NCBI GenBank assembly: GCA_004431415.1
Contig: QPMI01000115.1
Span: forward strand, 87,309-151,308
Origin: Cyanophora paradoxa CCMP329
Taxonomy: Eukaryota; Plantae; Glaucophyta
Length of the DNA: 64,000 nucleotides
Reading direction: 5' to 3'
Under the pieces are notes generated by a model. The model made no database searches and was not told the DNA's origin. It saw only the letters and a program-made list of their open reading frames with translations. The position numbers and the translations under genes were made by a program. Positions 23,830 through 35,895 of this stretch are shown here, one piece after another (positions within the stretch are counted from its first letter, which is position 1; each line of letters begins with the position of its first letter).

Positions 23830-26800
23830 TCAGCGCCAGCAGCAGCGGATGACGTCGGCCATGTCGCCGAGCACAGTGCCGCCGGCGAGGGGCCCGCGCC
23901 CGGAGCCTGCGCGAGGCGCGCCGGCGTCAGCGGGGCGGTCGCGGGGGGAGAGCGGCGCAGCCAGCCGGGCGGGCGGGCGGCCGCGCCCTCGGCTAGACGA
24001 AGGGGCAGAGGACGCCTCCGAACTTGCCATCGGCGAGGCCCGAGAGCGCCGTCCGCTCGACCTCCTCGGTGCACAGGTTCGCCGTCCGCCTGTCCACCGG
24101 TACCCCGCCGTCAGCCACGGATGGACGGGATGGATCGCAGGCGGGGCGGCTAGATGCGCCGAGGCGCTTTCGGATTGAGGGGTCAGAGGGGCGCACCGCG
24201 CGTCGGCGCAGTCGAAGACGACGCGCGCGGTGCACTCGACGAGAGGCGCGCTGACGGCCAGCCGCCCCGCGCCCTCCGCGCCCGCCCGCCATCCCTCCTC
24301 CGACGCCAGCGCCTCCCGCAGAAGCCGCGAGTCCACTGGGCGAGAAGGAAGTAAGAAGAGCGACGAGAGATCGGACGAGGAGAACGAAGGGATCGCTGTA
24401 CCCATGACGGTCGCCAGGATGGCGTTCGATTTGTCCACGGCGGAGCGAAGGGAGGAGGCGCCTCGCATCTGGGTACTGCGTCGGCGGCATGCGAGGGGGG
24501 GGGGATCAGGGGTACGCGTGCACCCCCTCCTGGATGCTTCCGAGGCGCGCCTCCTGCGGGAAACGGACGCCGGCTCGGCGGGGGTACGCGGGCTTCGGGC
24601 GTGTTCAGGGGGGTACGCACGTCGAGGCGGGATACGATGTCTCCGAGGAGAGCTGCGAGGCGGCCCTCCTGCTCCCTAACCGCCCGGAGATCCTCCTGCG
24701 GGGGGTACAGGCGTCAGGGGCGGGGTACGCGTGGATTGGGCGCGGGAAGCAGGGGACTCGCCTCGTGGGAGCAGCAGGGGCGGTCAAGGGCGGGGGCGGG
24801 GCCGGCCGATGCGCCGGAGCCCCGGGGCGCGGCGGGGGACGGAGCGCCCTCGCTCCCGGCGTCCGACGCCGGAGGCGGGGAGCGGACACGGGCGGGGTCC
24901 GGCGTGCGCGCCGGGGCCGCCGAGGCGAGGGCCAGCTGCAGGGCCGGCGGGTCCTCGCCCCCTCCCAGCGCCGTCACAGTGAGCATCGGGCTCGGCGGCG
25001 CGGGGCTGCGGCCCCCCGGCGAGCGCAGGGATCCCGAGGAGCCGCCGTGTACCCCCAGGGTCTCCATGGAGGCGGGGCGGGCGGCGGCCGGCCGCAGGGG
25101 CGGACTGGCGGGATCCAGGTTCCCGGACGACGAGATCCGCCGGGGGACGGCGGGGGTACTGGTCCCCGATGCCTCCGAGGGGGTACGCATCCCCGCGATG
25201 CTCATGTCCGAGGGCGGGCCCGGCGCCGAGGGCGACGGCAGGACCGCCAGGCTCTGCGGGCGGGGGAAGCGGCGGGTCTGGGTACAGAACTCGGAGGGGA
25301 AGGGGGTTGATGGGTGGGGGGTACGCGCACGTGGGCGCGGAAGTCGCGCGGTCCTTCTCCGTCGATGATGTTCGCGAGGCTCTGCGGGGTACGAGTTCGG
25401 CGCCGGGCAGCGGAACCGAAAAGGGCCTCGCGCGGGTTCGAACCCGGGAGCGCATGGCGACGGTGGCGTCCAGCGCGCTGATGGGGCGGATGACGTTGCG
25501 GGGGTGTACCCCCCCGAAGGTGCACGAGGAGAGGCGCCGCTGGAGGACGACGAAGGGGGGAGGGGCGCCGCGCTGCGTGGGGGGCGCGGGGCCCGAGCTG
25601 CCGCCGGTGCTCCCGTCGTCCGAGGTGGAGGGGATGGAGGGCAGGGGGGGTAGGGGCGACGCGGATAGGTCGCCGGCGAGGCGGCGCCCGAGCGACAGGG
25701 CCGCCTCCTCGGCCGACGCCAGCTCCGACTGGGGGGTACGGGATCGGATCGCGCGTGGGAGACGACGGTGGGAGTGGGCAGATGGCAGGGGTACGCACGT
25801 CTTCGGAGGCGATGGGGGAGAGGTTGACGGGGAGGGGATCGGATCGGAGGCTGTGGGGTACGGGAGTGTTAAAAGGGGTAGGGCGCAATGAAAGACTGTG
25901 GGGGATTGTTGGTTGCACCGCTCGAGTCGCGGGGAGGGGGGGACGTCGGGCTTCAGTGGGGGCTTGGAGGCCCGGGGGGGTACCGCTTCCCCTGTTGTGC
26001 ACGGTCTCAGTGGCCTGGTACGGGATGGGGAGGGCGGAGGGCGGGTGACCTGTCAGCTGCTCGATCTTCCCCCGCAGCGCGGTGTTCTCGGCCTGGGGTG
26101 GATGGTCAGCAGCCAGTCGGCCGGTTCCAGGCGTGTTTCGAACAAGATCCAGGGCGGCTCCGCGAGGCGGGGCGAACCTTCAGGACGGCGATGTCTCGCG
26201 AGGCGGCGGCGAGCAGCGCCCGCAGCTCCGCCGGGCTCATCTGAGGGCTCATATGAGCCGGGCGGGCGAGAGCGGCGGAGGCGGCGGGCGGGCGGGCGGA
26301 AGAGCGCACCTCCAGGTTGACGCGCGGCGAGTTGCGCATCTTCTTGGCGCGCTGCGGGGCCGGTGAGAGGAGCGGCCGGCGCGCGCCGCTCGGGGCGGGG
26401 CGGGGCGGGGCGGGCCTGGCCGAAGCGGAGCGTGGAGACCGTCTCGGCCTGGTAGGCGGCGGCCGGCGTGGCCGTCAGCACCAGCGCCGTCCGCGCGTTC
26501 CCCCCCAGCGACTCCTGCAGCAGCCTGCCGCCCCGGCGCGCGTCGGCGGCCGGCGGCGCGAGGGCGGCGCGGGGGCGCACCGCGTGAGCTTCGAGTCGCG
26601 GTACGGCACGTGCGTGCTCCGCCCGTCCGTCAGCGCGTTGATCACCATCCCCTGCGCCGCCCGCCGCCTCGGCCGCCGGCGGGGGCGGGGGCGGGGCGGG
26701 GGGGCGGGGCGGACGAGGGCGGAGAGGGACTTGTTGTTGATCTTGAGCTCCTCGAGCTGCTGGCCCTCGACGTCCGAGTCGCGGATCTTCTCGGAGCCGG

Positions 26801-28257
26801 CGAGGTCCACCAGGCACAGCTTCCCCGTCGTCGCCCGCCCGTCCCCCGCCGACTGCCGCTTCACCGTCACGATGAACACCGCGTGCGACCGGCTGCTCTC
26901 CGCGTTCGCCCGTGTCGCCGCCACCGCCCGCTGCGCGTTCCCCGCCTGCGCGCGCCCCTCAGCCCCGCCCCGCGCCCCGCCGCCCGCGCCGGGCGCCGCG
27001 GACCGCCAGCAGGTCCAGCATCTCGTCCGGGCTCGCCACGTACTGCGCCGTTGCGCCCCGACCCTGCCCCGCCCCGTCGGCCCCCGCCCCCCGCCCCGGA
27101 CCCCGCCCCGCGCACCAGATCCCGTGCTCCTTGCTCTCGTGGATCGGCTGCGCCGGCGTCAGACGCAGCGGCGGCGGGGCGGGGCGGGCGGGGCGGGCGG
27201 GGCGCACGAGGTTCTCGCGCGAGCCGCTCGGGTCGAGCAGGTCGCGCACCTGCGCGCCCCGTCAGGCCCGCCGCCCGCCGCCCGTCCCGCCGGCCCCGCC
27301 CGCGCGCCCGCTCGAGGTAGATCTCCAGGTACGAGCACCGGATCGTGAACTCCGCGTCCGCCGCCGCCGCCGCGATCCCCACGAACAGGCTCTGCCCCCG
27401 CCCCTCAGCCGCCGCGCCGCCCGCGCCGCCCCGCCGGCCCCGCGCACCTCCGCCACCCGCGGGATCACGCCCCGCAGCCGCTCGTCGTCGATCTCCCCCA
27501 CCATCGTGTACGTCTTCCCCTGCCCCGCCCGTCAGGCGCGCCCGCCCGCCCCGGCCCAGGTATCTCCCGCGGGCCCGCACCGTGCCCGTCTGGCCGTACG
27601 AGAAGATCGTCCCTGCGCGCCGCCCGCGTCGGCCAGGCTCGCCGGCATTCGGACGGGGCGCGCGCGCGGGCCGCACCGTTGTAGCCCTGGAGCACCGCCT
27701 GCACGATCGGCTCCGCCGCGACTGTGTAGACCCGCTCCTACGCGGCGGCTCAGCGGCTGCGGCGCGGGCGGCCCGCGGGCGGCGCGCGCCTGCGTCGCGT
27801 CCATCGGGAGCACGGCGTCGAAGCCGAAGGACGGCGCCCCCGTCACGTGCACCGACCTCCCATCCGCGTCGTGCTCAAGACAGCTGGTGTATCTGCGGTT
27901 GGGCGCTCAGCGACACGTGGATCGATTCAAATCCCACAGGCCCTGGATCGGTGCGCACCCGTTCTGTGTCTCGACCTGGGAGAAGGGCCTTATTCGGAGC
28001 ACAACCTTCACAGCGTCGTTTTGCTTGTGGCCGTGGTGGCTTGAATCGCCCACAGAGGCGCGGCTACCGCTATGCCTCGGCGAGCTGGCCCCGCTGTCGC
28101 TGTTCACAGGGGACGCGATGGACCTAGCGGAGTTGCCGCTTCCGGAATTTAAGGAGCTCACGCTCCCCGAGCGGCCCACCGCGGCGCTGTTCTGGGTGCG
28201 CGTAACGGGATTCGCCGGCTGCCTCCCGCGGCCGCGCGCCGCTCCCGTTGGCGGCAT
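23830..28257 (-). CDS. Kinesin-1 heavy chain-like motor protein (copy K')
   Basis: [77 protein letters not shown]; then a Pro/Ser-rich linker and a C-terminal block shared with copy K. Confidence 0.9.
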
Positions 28258-28540
28258 CCTGCTGACAAGGCGAGGGGTGCTGCTGCGGCTGAGCTGGCCT
28301 CGATCAAGAGGGATTGATTGTTGGACGGGTACAGAAGCATTGAGGCTTCAGCAGCCAGCTCCGAGCGCAGCGGCTCATGATCAGAGGCTAACCAAGGCGC
28401 CAGCGTTCGGCGCCCTTCCTGCTGCTACGCCAGGGCGATCGCCCGCGCAAGCGTTCCGAGGCTCCAATCGGCGCCTCGGCCATCCTGGTGATCCTAGGAG
28501 TTCCCAGCGCCGCGCGAGCGCGTACGCAATCCCATCGAGC

Positions 28541-31500
28541 ATGCCGACTCCGGGGGAACGTAAAGCCGCGCTGGGCGCCCGCTCAGCCAGCTCGAAGAGC
28601 AACGCGTCGATCGACAGCACCTCCCGCAGCCAGCGGGCCCTCTCTCTGCCTACGAGCGCATCGATAGCAGACAATCCGAATGTGCGGGTGCTTTTGCGCG
28701 TTCGGCCCTTCTCGCCCGCCGAGGTTCAGAGCGGGTGAGCCGAAAAGCACAACCGCTCGTGCGAACTGCGCGGCCGGCCCTCCGAGCTCACCAATCCGAT
28801 CGCGCGAAGGAGCTCCTCGTGCTTCGACTGCGACGCGGACGGGAGGACGGTGCACGTGACGGGGGCGCCGTCCTTCGGCTTCGACGCCGTGCTCCCGATG
28901 GACGCGACGCAGGCGCGCGCCGCCCGCGGGCCGCCCGCGCCGCAGCCGCTGAGCCGCCGCGTAGGAGCGGGTCTACACAGTCGCGGCGGAGCCGATCGTG
29001 CAGGCGGTGCTCCAGGGCTACAACGGTGCGGCCCGCGCGCGCGCGCCGGGTCCGAATGCCAGCGAGCCTGGCCGACGCGGGCGGCGCGCAGGGACGATCT
29101 TCTCGTACGGGCAGACGGGCACGGTGCGGGCAGGCCGGGGATACCTGCGCCGCGGCGGGCGGGCGCGTTTGACGGGCGGGGCAGGGGAAGACGTACACGA
29201 TGGTGGGGGAGATCGACGACGAGCGGCTGCGGGGCGTGATCCCGCGGGTGGCGGAGGTGCGCGGGGCCGGCGGGGCGGCGCGGGCGGCGCGGCGGCTGAG
29301 GGGCGGGGGCAGAGCCTGTTCGTGGGGATCGCGGCGGCGGCGGCGGACGCGGAGTTCACGATCCGGTGCTCGTACCTGGAGATCTACCTCGAGCGGGCGC
29401 GCGGGGCGGGGCCGGCGGGGCGGGCGGCGGGCGGCGGGCGGCGGGGCCTGACGGGGCGCGCAGGTGCGCGACCTGCTCGACCCGAGCGGCTCGCGCGAGA
29501 ACCTCGTGCGCCCCGCCCCGCCCGCCCCGCCCCGCGCCGCCGCCGCGTCCAACGCCGGCGCAGCCGATCCACGAGAGCAAGGAGCACGGGATCTGGTGCG
29601 CGGGGGGCGGGACACGGGACCGGGGTGGGGGCGGGGGCCGACGGGGCGGGGCAGGGTCGGGGGCGCGACGGCGCAGTACGTGGCGAGCCCGGACGAGATG
29701 CTGGACCTGCTGGCGGTCCGCGGCGCCCGGCCCGCGAGGCGGGGCGCGGGGCGGTGCTGAGGGGCGCGCGCAGGCGGGGAACGCGCAGCGGGCGGTGGCG
29801 GCGACGCGGGCGAACGCGGAGAGCAGCCGGTCGCACGCGGTGTTCATCGTGACGGTGAAGCGGCAGTCGGCGGGGGACGGGCGGGCGACGACGGGGAAGC
29901 TGTGCCTGGTGGACCTCGCCGGCTCCGAGAAGATCCGCGACTCGGACGTCGAGGGCCAGCAGCTCGAGGAGCTCAAGATCAACAACAAGTCCCTCTCCGC
30001 CCTCGTCCGCCCCCCCCGGCCCCGCCCGCGGCCCCTGCTGGGGGCCGAGGCGGCTGGCGGCGCAGGGTATGGTGATCAACGCGCTGACGGACGGGCGGAG
30101 CACGCACGTGCCGTACCGCGACTCGAAGCTCACGCGGTGCGCCCGCGCGCCGCCCCCGCGCCGCCGGCACTGAAGCGCGCCGCGGCCGCAGGCTGCTGCA
30201 AGAGTCGCTGGGGGGGAACGCGCGGACGGCGCTGGTGCTGACGGCCACGCCGGCCGCCGCCTACCAGGCCGAGACGGTCTCCACGCTCCGCTTCGGCCAG
30301 GCCCGCCCCGCCCCGCCCCGAGCGGCGCGCGCCGGCCGCTCCTCTCACCCGCCCCGCAGCGCGCGAAGAAGATGCGCAACTCGCCGCGCGTCAACGCCGA
30401 GCAGAGCGCCGCCGAACTTCGGGTCCTCCTCGCAGGCGCCCGCAGCGACGTCGCGACTCTGAAGGTATATATCTCTTCCGCTGAAGTTTCACTGAAAGAT
30501 TTTCGAGTTGCGCACCCTGACGCGTCTCGCCCAGGCCGAGAATGCCGCCCTTCGAGCTAGGATCGAGCAGCTGACGGGTACGCCGATCCTCCCTTCCCGG
30601 ACCTTCTGGTTCCCCTCTGATCGGGCCCCGTCGCAGGCGAGGCGCCCCCTCCGCCGCCGGCGGCGCCTTCCCTCCACCCCTCCGAGGACCTCGACGACGT
30701 ACCCCCGCTCCGCTCCTCCCTCCCCTCCAGCTACTCGACCCTCTCCGAGGTCCGTGCCCTTGAGATGAATCTTCGGCTTTCGGATTCGAACCCGGAACCG
30801 CAGGCGCCAAGCGACGGGGACGCGCCCCGGGCTGACGACGAGGCGACGGCGCGGGCGCTCGCTGTGGGGCGGAGCCTCGCTGCGGATCTGTCCCCCGTAC
30901 CCCCGCCCGTAGAGACCGGTACCCCCGCCGCCTCCCCGGGGCCCGAGGCCCCCCCCTCCCCCGAGGCCCCGTCGCCCTACCCCCCGGAGACTCCGACCCC
31001 GGCCCCAGCGGCCCCCCACCGGATCGTTTCCTTCAGGGGGGACGCCCCCCGCTCCTTCGCGGGCGTAGCCCCCCGCAACGTCGTACGCCCCATCAGCGCC
31101 CTCGACGCGAGCGTCCGGCTCGCGAGCATCGCGTCCATCGCGCGGGTTCGAATCCCCGCGGGGTCCCTTATCCGCGTCCCCTGAATCTCGTACCCCCCAG
31201 GGCGATTGCGTCGTGTGCGCCTGCGGGCGTAAGCTCGCCCTACCCCCCGGCACGCCCGCCGCGCCGGCGCCGGCGGCCCCGCCTTCCACCCCCGCCTCCG
31301 CCTCCGCCTCCGCCTCCGCTCTTAGCCGCCCGGCCTCCCTCGTGATCGACCCCGCCCCCTCCCCCCCCTCCTCCCTCTCCTCCCGCCGGCGCTCCCTCTC
31401 GCCCCCCCGCTCCCCCTGTATCGCCCGGGGCCCCTCCCCGGTCCACAAGCCCCTCCAGGGCGGCTCCACCCTACCCCCGCCCCGCTTCGTGCTGGGGGGT

Positions 31501-33041
31501 ACCGACGGCGACGCCCTCGAGCGGGTCGGCGACTCGGTACTCGTCCCCGAGTCTCCCACCCATTGCCGGAGGGCCTTCCTCTCGAGCGCCGCCCGCGTCG
31601 CGTCCCCTTCCCCTACCCGCGCCCCCAAGGTAGCTCGTACCCCCATCACCTCGAGGTCCAGCTCATATGAGCGCGTCCCTTCCCCCTCCCCGGGTTCAAG
31701 GGCGACCTGCGGGCCGTCATGGAGCAGGAGCGGAAGCTCGCGGCGCTGCTCGACGGCTTCGTCGCGCGGTTGGACGTGCGCGTACCCCCCTCGTCCTCCT
31801 TCCCCCCCGCGCCCCGTGACCCGTACCCCCGGCGCGGCAGAGCGCGAGCATACGGAGGCTGCAGGCGACGGTCCGCGCTGCCGTTTGGCCTCCTTTGGTC
31901 TTAGGTTCTAGATCTTACAAGGAAATACTTCACGAGCGCTTTTATCATCTTAAAGGAAAAATCACTCGAATCTAATTCAAACTAATTCGAACTTACAGGA
32001 TTCCCACATCAGATGTCTAAATTAACTACTTGAACTAAAGCCCATTCCTCCGCCATCAGATGCGCGATGCGCCATTCCGGAGCATCGTCGACAGGTCCAA
32101 CGCCCTCCTCTCCGCCGTCATGGGTCCGCGCACCCCCCTTTTCCCCCTCTACCCCCTTTCACCCTCCAGCGCTCCGGATCCGCGAATCTACCCCCCATCT
32201 CCCCCCCCCCCCCCCTCCCCCCCCCTTCGACCCCATCCCGCCCCCCCGGCGGCGGCCTGCTGACGGGCGGGGCGGGGGCAGCGGAGTCGCGGGACATCGG
32301 GGAGCGGATGCGGGCCGAGGCCCGAGCCGCCGAGCCGCCAGCTGCAGCTCCAGGCGACCGCTCCCCCGGCCCGGGTACGGGTACTCCATCGCGATCGCCA
32401 TCGCGGGTCCCGCCCCCTCTGCAGCAGCTGACCGCGGGACGCCCGCGGGCGGCCGGGGCGCAGGGGCGGCCTCGGCGGCCCGGCGGCCCCGGCGGCGGCC
32501 TCGGCGGCGCCGGCCCCGGCGCCGCTGCTGGTGTCGGAGCGGCTGATGGACGTCGCTGCCCGCCTTCTCTTCGACTGCGCCGACGCCCGGTGCGGCCCTC
32601 TAGATCTAGATCTATATCTCCGATCCAAGTCCTCAGTCCTAAGCTGCCCTACAATTCTGGCGGAGGCCTAAGCCTAATCTTAAGCTTACGTGTCCCGAAT
32701 TCGAAGCACTGTTCTCAAGCCAATCTAATCTGCATCCAATTGCCACGCCTTTCCGTGCCGATTCATTCCGAAGCTTAGGAGGGCTCGATTTCGCATCTCT
32801 TCGAGTTCCAAAACAGTACTTAGATCCTCTCGAGCGTCTAAATTTGCATTCAACGCCACGCTATGGCCACGCCTTGCTTTTGTACATGTGTGTAGCCAGC
32901 TTGTAGCCTTAAGCTTGCTGCTGACATGCCGGCGGGGCCTCGCCGGGGCGCAGGCGGACGGTGAACGCGCACACGGAGGATGCGGTGCGGCGGACGGCCG
33001 AGAAGCTGGAGGCGTGGGAGGCCCAGCACAGGGCCCCCTGA
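28541..33041 (+). CDS. Kinesin-1 heavy chain-like motor protein (copy K)
   Basis: NVRVLLRVRPF; the same motor motifs across about 12 short introns ([40 protein letters not shown] is a kinesin-1 signature). C-terminal block EQERKLAALLDGFVARLD / RSIVDRSNALLSAVM / LLFDCADAR; stop TGA at 33039-33041. Confidence 0.9.
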
Positions 33042-33843
33042 GGGGAGCCTCGGAGGGCCGGGTGGGGTCATCGCTAGAGGCTAGCTCTAGCCTGTGAGAT
33101 TCCTTTAGCTATACATGTGCATGCACCCTTCGATCATGATCATGATCATCATCTGATAATCATTACTAAATAAGCTTATCGGAGGGCCGGAAGGGGGGGG
33201 AGGAGGAGGGAGGGGGGGGGGGGGGGCGGGGAGGATCGCGCTCCGCGCACAGCGGCGCCCCGGCGGCCGATGCAACGCTAGCGGCCCATGGGCCAGCCTG
33301 GCCATATGGCGGCGGCGCGGTAGCTTCCCAGCAGGCCCTGAGGCCCAGGGGTGGCGGCTGCGCATGCAGCTCGACTGCAGTTCGCGATCGACAAGTCTTG
33401 AAGCAGGAGAGGCTGCGGCCGAATCACTGAGTATGCGTACCGTAGTACTGCAGTCTGCAGCTGATGAGCACGACCGCCGCAGTGCACGCGCAGTCGACTG
33501 CAACTTAACTTGGGAATTCGAAGCTGCCGACGAAGGTGAAATTAGACTAGCTAGCAGCTGCAGCTGCAGCTCCCGAGCCCGTGCTTGCCCAGTTCGAATT
33601 CGGATGTGTGGTCTCAGAGTGTCCGATATAATTATCTCTGATCTCTGAATCTCTCTAGACTCTGAGATCTAGAAGGATTGTGAATTCGAAGTAATTATAT
33701 AAACTTGAATTCGCAACGCAGGCGGCCACTACTAGGCTACCTCGACGAGCACATCAGCAGCTAGGAAGTAGCTAGCACTGCGGCGTGGCGTGTGACGGCG
33801 GTCGGACCAAGAGGGGACCAGATCGATATCACGGAACTCGGGC

Positions 33844-35224
33844 CTAGAAGCGGGTGGGGTAGCCGTAGGGGTTGGCGGCGGCGGCCGGGGCGGAGGAGCC
33901 GGCGACGGGGCCGCCGAGGAAGGCGTAGAGGGCGAACACGTCGGCGAGGATCTCGAGGACGAAGGAGGAGAGGAGGAAGCCCGGGGCGGAGAGGAGCGTT
34001 CCTCCGGCCTCGTGGCGGCGAACGTAGTCCCCGAAGACCCACGCCACCGCGACCTGGCGAGGGCGTGGGCGGGGAGGGGAGGGGAGGGGAGGGAGGGGGG
34101 TACGGGCGCACGACGGCGGCGATGAGGGTGACGAAGATGCGGCGGAGGGTCGCCTGGTCGGCGCGCCAGCACCCGGCGGCGAAGGCCGCGTTGAAGGCGA
34201 GGAAGACGGCGGCCGACAGGCGCTTGAACAGCACCGTGGGCTGCACCGAATTAGATCCCAGCGCAGATCTAATCTAAATCCAATCGCGGACGGACCGCGA
34301 ACGTGTAGAGAGGCTCGGAGGGGGTACCGACGAAGGCGGGGGCGGCCCAGCGCATGAACTCGACCGGCCAGAGGATGCCGGCCACCATGACGAGCATCCA
34401 CATGCCCGGCTTCACCATCAGGAACACGACCTGAGCCCCCGGCTCAGACTCACGTGATATCCAGAGAGACGGGAGGGGGGTACGGCGCACGGTGAAGAAG
34501 TCCCAGGGGCGCGGGGCGGGGGCCTGGGGCTGCACGGGGGCCTGCCCCGCCCAGTAGCGCCACCCGAAGAAGCCGGAGAGGAGCGAAGTGACGACGTGGG
34601 CAGCGAGGAACAGAGCCGGCCCTGCGGGTTGCGGGCCGCGGGGTCAGGGGCGCCGGCGCCGGCGATCCGATGATCGCGGGTCGGAGAGTTCAAGCGCAGG
34701 CACCGAAGGCGAACGGCGGGTTGTACTTGGAGTGGAATGAGCCGAAGAAGATGATGATCATGAGGCCCGTTCCGGTGCAGACGCCGCCCAGAAGAATGCC
34801 CGCCGTCTGCAGCATGCGCAGCCGGGGGGCGCCGGCGCCGGCGCGGCGCCGCGACATCGGTCAGTACAAGTGCTGTCTCTGGGCAGGCTTAAGCGGCGGG
34901 CGGGACGGGCAAGCGGCTGGAGCGCACGCGGCCGTCGCCGGCGCTGACGGCGCGGCGAAGAGCGAAGTCGAAGAGGGCGGCGATGGCCACAACTGCGCGC
35001 GCGGGAGGCGGCGTACGTGTCGATCGGCGGCCGGCGCCGGCGCCGGCGCGGCCGTGGGGGAGATCTAGAGGCCTAGGCGCAGCTATAGCTATAGGCCTGG
35101 GCCTGGGCCTATGCGCCAGGGGGCCGATCGATATCGCGAACGCACGCCCGAGACCGTAGAGCTGGACGTGGAGCTCGTTCACTGCTCGGCCGCGCCCGGC
35201 AGTCAGTGGGAGGCCCGCGGCCAT
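33844..35224 (-). CDS. Small multi-pass membrane protein, unknown function
   Basis: Several hydrophobic exons (GILLGGVCTGTGLMIIIFFG; MWMLVMVAGILWP; AAVFLAFNAAFAAG; FLLSSFVLEILADVFALYAFL) separated by short introns; ends YGYPTRF*. Confidence 0.6.
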
Positions 35225-35895
35225 GAGGTCTCGAAAGCTTTAATACAAGCGGCGCCGGCTGCGGCTGCCGGGCGGTTGCAAGGGGCACGTATACGCCGCC
35301 GGGCCGCTCAGCGAGCTGTTTCGTGCTAAAGGCGAGGATCGGACGTCGACGCACGGGGATCGCCAAGGTAGGTCTTCTCATCGAAGCCACTCAAAAGGAA
35401 ATTCTCGGCCCAGTAGGGCGCCAGGACGAACCACGCTCCCAGAGCATAGAACCTGCGATTTCGAAGTCGTACAGGTCAGCGGCGACCCGGCCCGGTCGGC
35501 GCTAGACTCTGAGAGACTGATCGGACTCGCGGCCGCGGAGGTTCCAGATAACCGTCGCGCCCGGCGGCCGATCCGGCTGCCTCGAAAGCGGCCCTAACGA
35601 ACCCGATCGGGGCAAGAAACAGGAAGTAGACGTCGAAGAGAGCCATCGCTGAGGCCGATCAAAATTCTGATCAGGCTGTGGGGGTACAGCACCGCTTTCA
35701 AAGTGGGTACAACGTGCGGCGTCACAACTTCCGAAAAGCTTGCGATTGCAGCACATCAAGCCACCGACGACGCCAGAAGAGCATATCGATATCTAATCCG
35801 ACTCATCGGGCGTCCCAACTGGCCCGCGCTCGGCCGCGGCCTCCCCGTGCAGGCGGGCAAATGCACGCGTAGCTTCTTGAAGCACATCCACAAGA

